Source of the DNA: Lingula anatina
Taxonomy: Eukaryota > Animalia > Brachiopoda
Reading direction: 5' to 3'
NCBI GenBank assembly: GCA_051362555.1
Contig: CM120640.1
Location: 16,678,001 to 16,742,000 of the forward strand
Length of the DNA stretch: 64,000 nt
Numbering within the stretch: the first letter of the stretch is position 1; every line of letters starts with the position of its first letter. Both the position numbers and the translations under genes were made by a program. Under the pieces are notes generated by a model. It searched no databases. It saw only the letters and a program-made list of their open reading frames with translations, and had not been told where the DNA came from. Below are positions 44,801 through 54,484 of the stretch, one piece after another.

Positions 44801-47800
44801 TGAGACTCTGTATATTAACAAGAAGCCAGTGACATTTAAGTTGGATACTGGAGCTGATGTCAATGTGCTGCCATGGGGTACCTATAAGCAAGTATGCCAG
44901 ACACCTCTCCGTGTCACTAAAGCTGTTCTGACAGCATTTGGAAATGCTACAATAAAACCAGTGGGTCAAGCACAGCTGTCAGTCTCAACCAAGCCCTCTC
45001 TTATGCCTCAGCCAGCTACCTTCTATGTGACTGAAGGAGATTATTCAGCCATTCTTGGACGTCAGTTATGTGCTTCACTAGGGCTTATACAACGTGTACC
45101 TGTGAACATAGTCCAGTCTACAAATGTACCTTTGACCCAAGACAAGCTATTGAGTGAGTATGGTGACAATTTTACTGGACTTGGACAATATAAGAGAGAA
45201 TATGATATTGTTGTTGACCCAAGTGTTTCCCCAGTGGTGCAAGCTCCTCGTAAGATACCCTTTGCTAAGCATGACAAGTTGAAGGAGGCTCTCTCTCAGC
45301 TAGAAAAGCAAGATGTCATTGCAAGTGTTGACAAACCAACTGACTGGGTGAACAATTTAGTGATTACAGAGAAACGCAATGGTAGCATTAGGCTATGTCT
45401 CGATCCCAAGCCACTCAACCAGGCCATAAAGCGTGAGAGATATGAGAAACCTACGCCAGCTGATGTTCAGAGCCGACTAGCAGGTAAATGCATCTTCACA
45501 GTTGTTGACATGAAGGATAGTTACTGGCACGTGAAACTATCTGAAGAATCATCATATCTTTGCACTTTCCACACCCCATGGGGCCGAAAGAGATTTAAGC
45601 GCATGCCTTTCGGAATATCCTCTGCTAGTGAAGTGATGCAGAAGCGTAATGAGGAAGCGTTTGGTGACATTCCAGGGGTGCACGTCATAGCAGACGACAT
45701 GATCATTGCAGGTAGCAGTGAGGCAGAGCATGATAGTATAGTTCATAAGGTCATGCAGCGAGCACGTGAACAGAATGTCAAGTTCAACAAGGATAAAATC
45801 CAATTCAAAGTGAAGTCAGTCAACTACATGGGTCATATTGTATCTGAAGAAGGACTTAAACCTGATCCTGCCAAAGTCGATGCAATCATTAACATGCCCC
45901 AGCCAACAGACAGAGCTTCAATGATGCGTTTTTTGGGAATGGTGAAATATCTGTCACCATATATAGCCAATGAGTCAAGCCTAACTGCTCCTCTCAGATT
46001 GCTGCTGAAAGAGGATATTGAATGGCATTGGGGACCAGAGCAGGATCATGCTATGCAGCAAGTAAAGGAAGCTCTAAGCAAGCAGCCCGTTCTGCAGTTT
46101 TATGATGTGACACAGCCAGTCACCATTCAAACAGATGCCTCTCAAGGTGGGTTGGGTTCATGCTTACTCCAACGAAACAGACCTGTTGCATATGCCTCGA
46201 GAGCTCTTACTTCAGCAGAACAAAATTATTCTCAAATAGAAAAGGAGCTTCTAGCTATTTGTTTTGCCTGTGAAAAATTCCACCAGTATGTGTATGGCAA
46301 AGAAGTGGAGATTCACACTGATCACCGCCCATTGGAAATTATTCTGAAGAAGCCTATCGTTAAGGCATCTCCAAGACTGCAACGTATGATGTTACAGCTA
46401 CAAAGATACAACATTTCTGTCCGATACATAAAAGGAAAGTACATGCATGTAGCTGATACGCTTTCTAGAGCGTATATTCAGGATGAGTCCAAGTGTGGTG
46501 CTCCAGAGGATATTGAAGTTATGGTACACAGCCTAGTTACCAGTCTCCCTGCTTCTACAGACAAACTGGAGGAGATTAAAGCAGCCACTGCTGATGATTA
46601 CACGTTACTAAGACTTCAGTCAGTTATAAAACGCGGTTGGCCTGACAGGAAGTCTGAGCTGCCAGTGAACGTCCAGCCCTACTGGGATGTAAGGGATGAG
46701 TTACACATAGCAGAAGGCCTCGTTCTTCTGGGAGAGCGCATCGTAATTCCCGCCAAGTTACGATCAGACATGTTGTCTCTAATTCATGAAAGCCACTTGG
46801 GTGCTGACAAATGCAAAGCAAGGGCGAGATCTTCACTATACTGGCCAGGAATGTCAGCGGACATAGAATTGATAGTTGCCCAGTGCTCGGTGTGCAGTAA
46901 ATTTCGTCCAAGCAACGGAAAGGAGCCCTTGATTCCGCACGCGATACCACACAGGCCATGGGAGAAAGTTGGAGCGGACATTATGACTTTGAAGGGTAAA
47001 GACTACCTGGTTGTGGTAGATTATTATTCCAAATACCCAGAGATTTCTTACTTAGAGGACAAAACGGCCAAGACTGTGATACTACATTTAAAGTCTATAT
47101 TTGCTAGACATGGAATTCCTGAGACAATTGTCTCTGACAATATGCCATTTGGGAGTTATGACTTTAAAAACTTCGCAAGAGAATGGGGAATAAATCAGGA
47201 TACCTCGAGTCCTCACTATCCTCAGTCAAATGGACAGAGCGAGAGAACAGTTCAGACTATTAAGAAAATCCTGAAGAAAGCCATGAGTGATGGAAGAGAT
47301 CCATACATTGCCTTGCTGGAGTATCGTAATACTCCAATCTCAGGAATGGATTTTTCCCCAGCCCAGATGCTAATGAGCAGAGCTTTACGTTCTAAGATTC
47401 CAACAGCTACCAAGCTACTTGAACCACAAGTAGTGTTTCCAAAGCAGCAGCTACATAGACAACAGCAGAGGTACAAGAGAATATATGACAGAAAAGCAAA
47501 GGAGTTGCCCGAGTTAACTCCAGGAGAATCAGTCGGTCTTCAGTGCCAGGGAGAATGGAAGCCCGCATCAGTTGTAAAGAGGGACGCACATCCTCGGTCT
47601 TATGTAGTAAGCTACAATGGTCATTCATTCAGGAGGAACAGAAGACACCTCAGAAAAGGGAACTTCAAATTTTCCAATGATTTGCAGGAAATACCTGATC
47701 TCCATGAAACAAGTAAATCCGAGTCACCAGTTAATCAGGACTGTAAATCTGAGTCGCCACTTAAAAAATATCATCAAAAGAAACACCAGGAAAGCACTGA

Positions 47801-49703
47801 GAAATCTGGAGTTCAATGTGAGAAATATACCAGGTCCGGAAGGCTTAGTAAACCTCCAGATAGACTTAATCTATAAATAAGGCATGTGCTAGCAACCTCT
47901 GCCTTTTGTTTTGTTTGTTTGTTTTGATGACATCTCAGTGCATGTGTACTTTCATGGTTCATTAACCTCAACTGTGTTATGTTTCTGTGAAAAGTTACTA
48001 GTCTGGAGTTACAAAGTTGACAGTTTATCAACAGAAGGAACATTGACACTTATAATCAGTTATTCCTTTGGGTGTTGTGTTTTGTAGACTAGTAAGTTAA
48101 ATTTTGTGTGTGTTTTGAAAAGACTGTTTATTGAAAGTTTGTTTATTGAAAACTGAACAGTGACTTTATGCAGCTTGTTTATTGAAAACTTTGAACAGTG
48201 ATTTATGCAGTTTGTTAATTGAAGTTAATGTTTCACTGTTGCTCTTTAGTCAGGCACTGCTTTGAATGGTTCACACAAGCCACTATTTCTAACAAAGTTA
48301 AAGTTTAAAGTTAAAGTCTTGTACAGTGCCTGTTTCTTCATAAAAGGGGAGATGTCACATATTGTGCAGCGCGCCACCTATATGATGTGTGTATTGACCT
48401 GGGAGGTCATTGTGTATCTCAGTGAGCTGATTCTAATAAACACGTGTCCTGACAACAAGGCAGTTGTTATAGTTTTTAACAAAGGATGTCACTGCATTCG
48501 GATGGATGTTATTTTCTTTCACCTTGTATTGCACAAATATGAATAGCAATTACTTAAAATGTATTATTTTATTTCAGATGATGCATTCGAACATGAAAAT
48601 GGCAAATGCAATGGGCTCAACAACAAAGGTATGTGTTTTAGTTTACCTTATTTATTTATAATATAAGGATGTTATGTGTAGTTTTTCCTATTTATGACTG
48701 GAAATATTAAAACATGACAAGTGCAACTTACTGCAATTTCATTCCATTGAAAAAAAAACTGTTACAGTACAAGCCCTTGCAAATTTACCAAATTCATGGT
48801 TTCTTTATTCTTGCAGGCCATGCAGTCCATGAACAAAGTGATGGACCCACAGAAAACTATGAAGACGATGCAGGACTTCACAAAAGAATCCATGAAGATG
48901 GATATGTCAGAAGAGATGAGTAAGTAGAAACTTTGTGGTTTAGCTTGGTTTCCCATAAATTATATTCCACATTCAAGATATAAACTTGTGATTTAGGTAC
49001 ATTTTTGTTAACCATGTTTTTGTTAGTGTGTGTGTTTGTGTGTGTTAGGTGTGGGTAATAGATAGAAAATAGCTTGAAAAGTAAACCCTGATCATATCTG
49101 TCTGATACCACACAGGAACAAGATATATATTTTCATAGAAAATTTCCTCTTAGATTGATAATTAATACTCTGTACTCAAGTTCTTATTTTGTTATTTCTT
49201 GTTTCAGTAAATGACACTTTAGATGAAATATTTGATGAATCTGGAGATGAAGAGGAACAAGATGCAATTGTTACACAAGTGCTGGATGAAATTGGAATTG
49301 AAATATCAGGAAAGGTAATGATTAAATACTTTTCGGTCTGCTGCAAATCACTTCATTACCAATGAATGTGTATAGAAACAAGATACATCAAAATTTGTCC
49401 TAATAAATTTATGTTGAATATACCCTGCAACTGATTCAACATCAAGTTTTTGTCAATATTATTCATTCAAGGAGGTTATAAAATTTTCACATCACTGTTT
49501 GTGCACAAAATTTCATGTCAGTGTCAATGTTCATATTTAATGTTGATACGTAAGTTACTGGTAGATACATGTTCCTCAGACACTTTTTCTCTATTTACTT
49601 CTAGATGGCAGATGCTCCTTCTGCTCACAAAGGAAAATTGGGAGAGTCTTCAAAGGCAGATCAAGATATTGAAAGACAGCTTGCTGCTCTGAAAGATTTA
49701 TAA
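41876..49703 (+). CDS. CHMP2B: Charged multivesicular body protein 2b (ESCRT-III, Snf7 family), 209 aa
   Basis: Exons 41876-41909, 43567-43658, 44124-44267, 48578-48628, 48817-48919, 49208-49314 and 49605-49703 give MDLFKKKPTVQEQLRQNDRQIRRTQRDLERDRGQLEKQEKQIEMEIKKAAKRGDKQTATILAKQLVQLRKQKTKS...MDPQKTMKTMQDFTKESMKMDMSEEMINDTLDEIFDESGDEEEQDAIVTQVLDEIGIEISGKMA...DIERQLAALKDL*. Confidence 0.96.
42132..42692. mobile_element. Non-autonomous DNA transposon with ~39-bp TIRs and AT flanks (ISL2EU/Harbinger-like)
   Basis: agagagtttccggtgcagttgggatacgacggctagatt versus aatctagccggcgtatctcaccggcaacggaaactctct (5 mismatches). AT lies on both flanks (42130-42131, 42693-42694). The superfamily is inferred from the TSD only. 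Confidence 0.75.
44319..44437 (+). repeat. 5' LTR (119 bp, TG...TA)
   Basis: Identical to 48353-48471; contains AATAAA; directly followed by the PBS. Confidence 0.95.
44461..44643 (+). pseudogene. Truncated gag N-terminus
   Basis: METLKPPAHVNFQSGNVATNWRKWEQQFKVYY is a typical Gypsy gag start (NWxxWxxxF). It runs out of frame near 44601 and stops at 44643. Confidence 0.8.
44562..47876 (+). CDS. Gypsy polyprotein: last zinc knuckle, protease, RT, RNase H, integrase
   Basis: CKKCSGLNHFAVVC (CCHC); KLDTGA (protease); RMPFGI and VIADD (RT); TDASQGGLG and EKELLAI (RNase H); HESH...CSVC plus D-D-E residues (GADIM, SDNMP, QSERTV) of integrase. The 1104-aa ORF is uninterrupted. Confidence 0.95.
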   Translation: MRIRRKVWRDASRRPAYGKKCKKCSGLNHFAVVCLGGGFRKKPLSSKKIHQLDTEDVGSDEGERLFVGSLTSSNCSTQYSETLYINKKPVTFKLDTGADVNVLPWGTYKQVCQTPLRVTKAVLTAFGNATIKPVGQAQLSVSTKPSLMPQPATFYVTEGDYSAILGRQLCASLGLIQRVPVNIVQSTNVPLTQDKLLSEYGDNFTGLGQYKREYDIVVDPSVSPVVQAPRKIPFAKHDKLKEALSQLEKQDVIASVDKPTDWVNNLVITEKRNGSIRLCLDPKPLNQAIKRERYEKPTPADVQSRLAGKCIFTVVDMKDSYWHVKLSEESSYLCTFHTPWGRKRFKRMPFGISSASEVMQKRNEEAFGDIPGVHVIADDMIIAGSSEAEHDSIVHKVMQRAREQNVKFNKDKIQFKVKSVNYMGHIVSEEGLKPDPAKVDAIINMPQPTDRASMMRFLGMVKYLSPYIANESSLTAPLRLLLKEDIEWHWGPEQDHAMQQVKEALSKQPVLQFYDVTQPVTIQTDASQGGLGSCLLQRNRPVAYASRALTSAEQNYSQIEKELLAICFACEKFHQYVYGKEVEIHTDHRPLEIILKKPIVKASPRLQRMMLQLQRYNISVRYIKGKYMHVADTLSRAYIQDESKCGAPEDIEVMVHSLVTSLPASTDKLEEIKAATADDYTLLRLQSVIKRGWPDRKSELPVNVQPYWDVRDELHIAEGLVLLGERIVIPAKLRSDMLSLIHESHLGADKCKARARSSLYWPGMSADIELIVAQCSVCSKFRPSNGKEPLIPHAIPHRPWEKVGADIMTLKGKDYLVVVDYYSKYPEISYLEDKTAKTVILHLKSIFARHGIPETIVSDNMPFGSYDFKNFAREWGINQDTSSPHYPQSNGQSERTVQTIKKILKKAMSDGRDPYIALLEYRNTPISGMDFSPAQMLMSRALRSKIPTATKLLEPQVVFPKQQLHRQQQRYKRIYDRKAKELPELTPGESVGLQCQGEWKPASVVKRDAHPRSYVVSYNGHSFRRNRRHLRKGNFKFSNDLQEIPDLHETSKSESPVNQDCKSESPLKKYHQKKHQESTEKSGVQCEKYTRSGRLSKPPDRLNL
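48353..48471 (+). repeat. 3' LTR (119 bp)
   Basis: Preceded by the PPT and followed by the GTTTT TSD. Confidence 0.95.
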
Positions 49704-50853
49704 AATGGACTTATGGTAAATGCACATTGCCAATTAAGACTGTCACTGTGTGTATCTCTAAAAGTTAAACCCCACCAAAGTCGTAAAGAACAGTGAATAT
49801 TATACAGATATTTTCAGCTGATGAACATATTCATATTTAATGCTATGGCTAAGAAAGAAATTCTTATTTTTTCATGAAGATATTGTAGAATCAACATACT
49901 TGGAAGTTAAATGATTATTTGGTGTGATGACAAATGCCTCTAAAATTGAAAAAGAAGGTCTATTTCTGAGACCCATCTGTATGTTATCTGAAATCATTAT
50001 TAAGACATTTGTGCTATGTAATTATACATCACCACATTTCAGTTTATTGAGGAAATGGTTTTCCTTTGTAAATCATTGTCAATAGATGAAGCATTTTTCA
50101 CCATGTAAATGGTCTGTTGTTTTTCCCAAGCAAGATAATACGCAGAACCCATTTAATACTGATTTGAATGATGAGGCATTGTTTTTAAATGTATGTGTGC
50201 AATGGTGCACAAGCAAAAATTAAAATGAGATGTAGTGTTCAATTACCATTGTGTAAAATTATGAATTTTAATATTTAATGTACATATTATATATATCAGT
50301 AATGTGGATTAAATTGGAATAAATTAAGTTTTAAATGAAAATTTTTAATGAAAATGTTTATAGAGAAATGTTTGTATCTCATGTTTTGACAGCAGGGTGA
50401 ACCTGAATTTGATATTTGAAACTATTTCACATTTAAATATGTTGAAAGATCAATTTATTCAGAATTCAAGTCTAATAGTCTGTTAACTTTTATCAAACAC
50501 ACACAGACACAAAGAAATTCGCTTACTTTTAGTTTGCTACACTCAAATTGTGTATAATTTGGACTGACATATCTTATCAGATTTGAAGCCATTACACAAA
50601 TTTTTCAACACAATTATCTTCACATTAACTCCTTTACTATTGCACAAGATTAGTGTTTTAGTCATTCACAAAATAATTTCTCTTGAAGCAGCAAGTTCCA
50701 ACTGATATTTAACTAGCAGTTCATACTCTGGTAAAACCAGATAAAGCTTTTCTGACAGCCCTTCTGGTTTTAATTTCTTTTTGTACTACTCAAACATTGC
50801 CTTTTCATACAGCAGTAATGCTTTTTTAAAAAGCAATGGAGATCATCCCATGC

Positions 50854-52551
50854 TCATACTTCAGAAGTTATTTTTCTAATGGTTGAAATAACAGCTTTTT
50901 TACAACCAAGCACATATGGTTTCATGTACTTCTTACTATCAACAGACTGGTCATGATCTGCAAAGAATTTATCTGCCTTTGTCATCATGTTACCCATTGC
51001 TTCTTTAGACAACAAAGTTCTGTCAATGTTGACATCCATGCTTGTAGAACTACCAGAGGAGATGTCTTTGGATGTGACATGCAAGAGACCTTCTTCATCA
51101 ATATGAAATGTCACTTCAACTCTTGGTACTCCACGAGGTGCTGGACGAATCCCAGTCAACTCAAATGTTGCTAAGAGGTGGTTGTCCTTTGCCATGGCCT
51201 CCTCTCCCTCGTACACGTGGATACAAGCATCAGGCTGGTTGTCATAATCTGTGGTGAAGATCTGGGTGACAGTGATGGGGTAGATGCTGTCACGCTGGAT
51301 TAGCTTGGTCATTTTTCTACCAGCGGTTTCAATACCAAGTGACAAAGGCACCAGGTCAATTGTCACTGGTGTCAAGTCCTTAGTGGTGTCATCTTTGACA
51401 CCAGTTAGCAGAGCTGCCTGTAAGGAGGCTCCGTGTGCTACCACCTCATCTGGACTGATGGATTTCTTAAGCTCTTTTCCACCCATGAAATTCTGTAGTA
51501 CTTGCTGAATCTTTGGGTTGTGAGTGGCGCCTCCAACCAGAATGATATCATGTATGTCACACTTGTCAAGCCTGCAGTCTTTTAAAGCTCTTTCTACTGG
51601 TTTTAAAACATCAAAGAAAAGATCAATGCAGATTTCTTCAAATTTAGATCTTGTTATCATGGTGAAGTAGTCGATTCCCTCAAAGAGATTCTCAACCTCA
51701 ACGTTTGCCTGTATATTGTTTGACAGGACTCGCTTGGCATGTTCACATGCTATTCGCAAGCGGTGAATGGAATGTTTGTCTTTGCTGATGTTTTTCTGAT
51801 ACCTACGCTTAAATTCTTTCACAAAATAATTCACCATTCTATTGTCAAACTCTTCCCCTCCAAGATGTGCATCAACTGACTTGGTGAGAATTTTATATAT
51901 TCCTTTCTGGGATGATAAAACAGAAACCTGTAATGAGTTACCACCTAGATCAAAAACAAGGACATTTTTTATGTCAGGGTCGTGCAGTTTATCAGGTAAG
52001 CCATAAGCTAAGACTGCAGCAGTGGGCTCAGTGATAATACGTAAGACATTGAGCCCAGCTATTACCGCAGCGTCCAAAGTGGCTTGCCTCTGGACCTCGT
52101 TAAAGTCCACAGGGACCGTGATCACGGCGTCCGTTACCGCCTGTCCCAAGTATGCCTCCGCAGACTCCTTCAACTTAGCCAATACCATAGCACTGATTTC
52201 CTCTGGGGCAAAGGTCTGTCGTTCCCCCTTATATTTCGCATGAATCGTTGGTTTCCCATCGTCGTTGCTCACGCTGAAAGGCCACCGATCAATGAGATGG
52301 GTAACGTCGTTGAAACTGCGACCGATCAATTTCTTTGCGTCACACACCGTATTACTGGAATTTATGATGGCCTGTTCCTTAGCAGAATCGCCTACTAATC
52401 GTCCGTTGTCTGTAAAAGTGACATAGCTTGCCGTCGTCCTGTTCCCGAAATCGTTAGGAACAATTTCTACTCTTCCATGCCGGTGCACACCCACACAGGA
52501 AAAGTTTGTGCCTAAATCAATGCCGAGTGCCGAGCGACCAGGTTTTGACAT
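50854..52551 (-). CDS. Divergent intronless Hsp70-family protein, 565 aa, lacking most of the lid and the EEVD
   Basis: GIDLGTNFSCVG, NDFGNRTT, PEEISAMVL, AVITVP, EPTAAVLAYG, VFDLGG, HLGGEEFDNRMV, PDEVVAHGA, LSLGIETAG, VYEGE and PAPRGVPRVEVTF are all Hsp70 motifs. The ORF ends ...KITSEV*. Confidence 0.92.
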   Translation of the reverse strand: MSKPGRSALGIDLGTNFSCVGVHRHGRVEIVPNDFGNRTTASYVTFTDNGRLVGDSAKEQAIINSSNTVCDAKKLIGRSFNDVTHLIDRWPFSVSNDDGKPTIHAKYKGERQTFAPEEISAMVLAKLKESAEAYLGQAVTDAVITVPVDFNEVQRQATLDAAVIAGLNVLRIITEPTAAVLAYGLPDKLHDPDIKNVLVFDLGGNSLQVSVLSSQKGIYKILTKSVDAHLGGEEFDNRMVNYFVKEFKRRYQKNISKDKHSIHRLRIACEHAKRVLSNNIQANVEVENLFEGIDYFTMITRSKFEEICIDLFFDVLKPVERALKDCRLDKCDIHDIILVGGATHNPKIQQVLQNFMGGKELKKSISPDEVVAHGASLQAALLTGVKDDTTKDLTPVTIDLVPLSLGIETAGRKMTKLIQRDSIYPITVTQIFTTDYDNQPDACIHVYEGEEAMAKDNHLLATFELTGIRPAPRGVPRVEVTFHIDEEGLLHVTSKDISSGSSTSMDVNIDRTLLSKEAMGNMMTKADKFFADHDQSVDSKKYMKPYVLGCKKAVISTIRKITSEV

Positions 52552-52669
52552 GGTTGCTTTTTCCTACCACTAGCTGAGTTATGGTGAACTAGGTTACTCT
52601 CTCTAAATCTATGTGATTGCTAAATATTGTGCCCCGTGCCTGCTAGTCTACATGTTTTGCGTGAAATCC

Positions 52670-52692
52670 TTCCCGGAAGTTTACATGGTAAC
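52670..52692. promoter_or_regulatory. Overlapping STAT (GAS), ETS and RFX X-box-like motifs upstream of the Hsp70-like gene
   Basis: TTCCCGGAA (52670-52678), CCGGAAGT (52673-52680) and GTTTACATGGTAAC (52679-52692), about 120-140 bp upstream of the ATG. These are motif matches only. Confidence 0.45.
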
Positions 52693-53284
52693 TGGGTTCA
52701 TGCGCAGACTACTTATCGCGCAGCTTCTCTGATGCAACTGACAATCGGCACGAAGCGCAACCCCATGTGTTCAGAATGCTGAGCTCAACATCAATTTCTA
52801 AATATGTTGTATAGTAAATGTTATGTTATCCTTAAATCTTGAAATTAAGTGCAAGGGCCCATAGACTACAAAAACGTTGAAATGATTTTAAAAGACCTTA
52901 AAACACGACGGCGAATAGTTATTACTAGCACGAGGGTCTAAGAAGATTGCACTGTCTGTCATTCTTTAGAAAAATTAAAAGCGTTCAGAGGGGTGTTATT
53001 TATTAATATGCAAAGGAATTGTTTTTAAATTGGTTCCTGATAATTCACTGCCATCGTTCACATTTCTCAACGCAAATAGGTCTACCCCGAAACAAAATTC
53101 CTGTGGCCTACCCTTGCGTCAGATCTTAATACATATCATACATGTACTTCATGATAGGCCTATCTTAAAAAAAAAAAAAAACAAAACTGGTTGTGATTCT
53201 TCAAATAAAGTGATTTACACATCCGGGTTGGGGGGGGGGGGTCAATGTTAACCAGTAAAATCCATTCATATAGGCTTACATGTA

Positions 53285-53409
53285 CAGTGGCGGATTTAGA
53301 GGGGGGTCAGGGGAACCTCACGCCAACCGGGTTGGGGGGGGGGGGGGGCGCTCGGCTTTGCATATGCGCCCCCCCCCCCCCCTTTCAAATAATCCTGGAT
53401 CCGCCCCTG
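53285..53409. mobile_element. MITE, CAG(G/T)GGCGGAT family, short copy
   Basis: cagtggcggatttag ... caaataatcctggatccgcccctg; flanks catgta / cacgta. Confidence 0.75.
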
Positions 53410-54484
53410 CACGTACGCATGTAACGTTTAAAAAGATTATCAGTCACTGAGGTCGGAAATTACAAGTTTTACCTCAAAATATGCCTGCATATTTCCTTTC
53501 GAGGATGTATACCCATGTATAAAACACCTTCCCGGGACTACCCTCTCCCTGGGCCACCGCGGGGTTTCTTAATATATCACTGTAGCCTTCATGTATTATG
53601 TACAGTCCTTTCGAACCCAAGGACTCATTCGAGAACGTATGTCAGGTATCGTTTTGAATGAAAATTTTTACTGGATGGATCTAAATTAAACAACAGTTTT
53701 AGTCACATACTCACTGTGATTAAAGATATTTTTCTTTAACAAGACACAAAGCTAAACTACAAGAACAAATCAACTTTCTTGGTTCAAAATACCATTTACT
53801 GTTAATAAACAAACAAACAAAAAAGAAAAAAGCACAATTCAACCATCAAATGTGGCCATAAATAAATAAATAATTAACTGGAATGTCTCAAATGAAAAAT
53901 CTAGCATGATGTCGATTTCGCAATACACTGACTTAATTCAACAGACTTGGATTTAATATCAACAATTTACAACCAAGCCAAAATAGCTGTAGTTAGTATT
54001 CAGAACAATCTCCTGTTTCAGATAATATAATAACCATTCACGGGCAACCGTTCTACTACAGCTACTATTCAGAAATCACAATAAGTTAAAATGCAAATAT
54101 TGATGCCGTGAGACATAATTACAAATTGAGCAAGTTCAGCTTCATCCGTGCCTTACCTCATATGCATATGTACATAATTTTGTCAGCGGCCGGTTTATAA
54201 ATAAGGTTTACAATTAACATGGAATGTATGGTTTCACATCAAGCGGATCATTTTCAACTATGAATTGAATTATACTGTACAAATCAGGCCACTTTGAAAT
54301 TGAATATACATGTACAGGCAGATAAAACTTTAGCGCTGCAGAAACAATGCCCAGCTAAAGCTATGACCAGTGACATACAGTAAATGCTCCATAAAATCAC
54401 AAATAAACTAGACCTGATTTTCTCTTAGAACACTGCATATAAAACAATTCCAAGCAAAGTCTGTGGAATAAAGCATGACATGAT

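Larger units (their letters stand above)
44319..48471 (+). mobile_element. Ty3/Gypsy LTR retrotransposon (Mag-like), gag internally deleted, recent insertion in CHMP2B intron 3
   Basis: Identical 119-bp LTRs; TSD GTTTT (44314-44318, 48472-48476); PBS TGGTGTCAGAAGTGGGATTC (44438-44457, complementary to a tRNA-Leu 3' end); PPT aaaaggggaga (48342-48352); PR-RT-RH-IN domain order. Confidence 0.97.

Noticed and set aside
48262-48546. 94-aa ORF after pol as a possible env
   Set aside because: It is short, runs through the 3' LTR into host intron, and has no envelope-like features.
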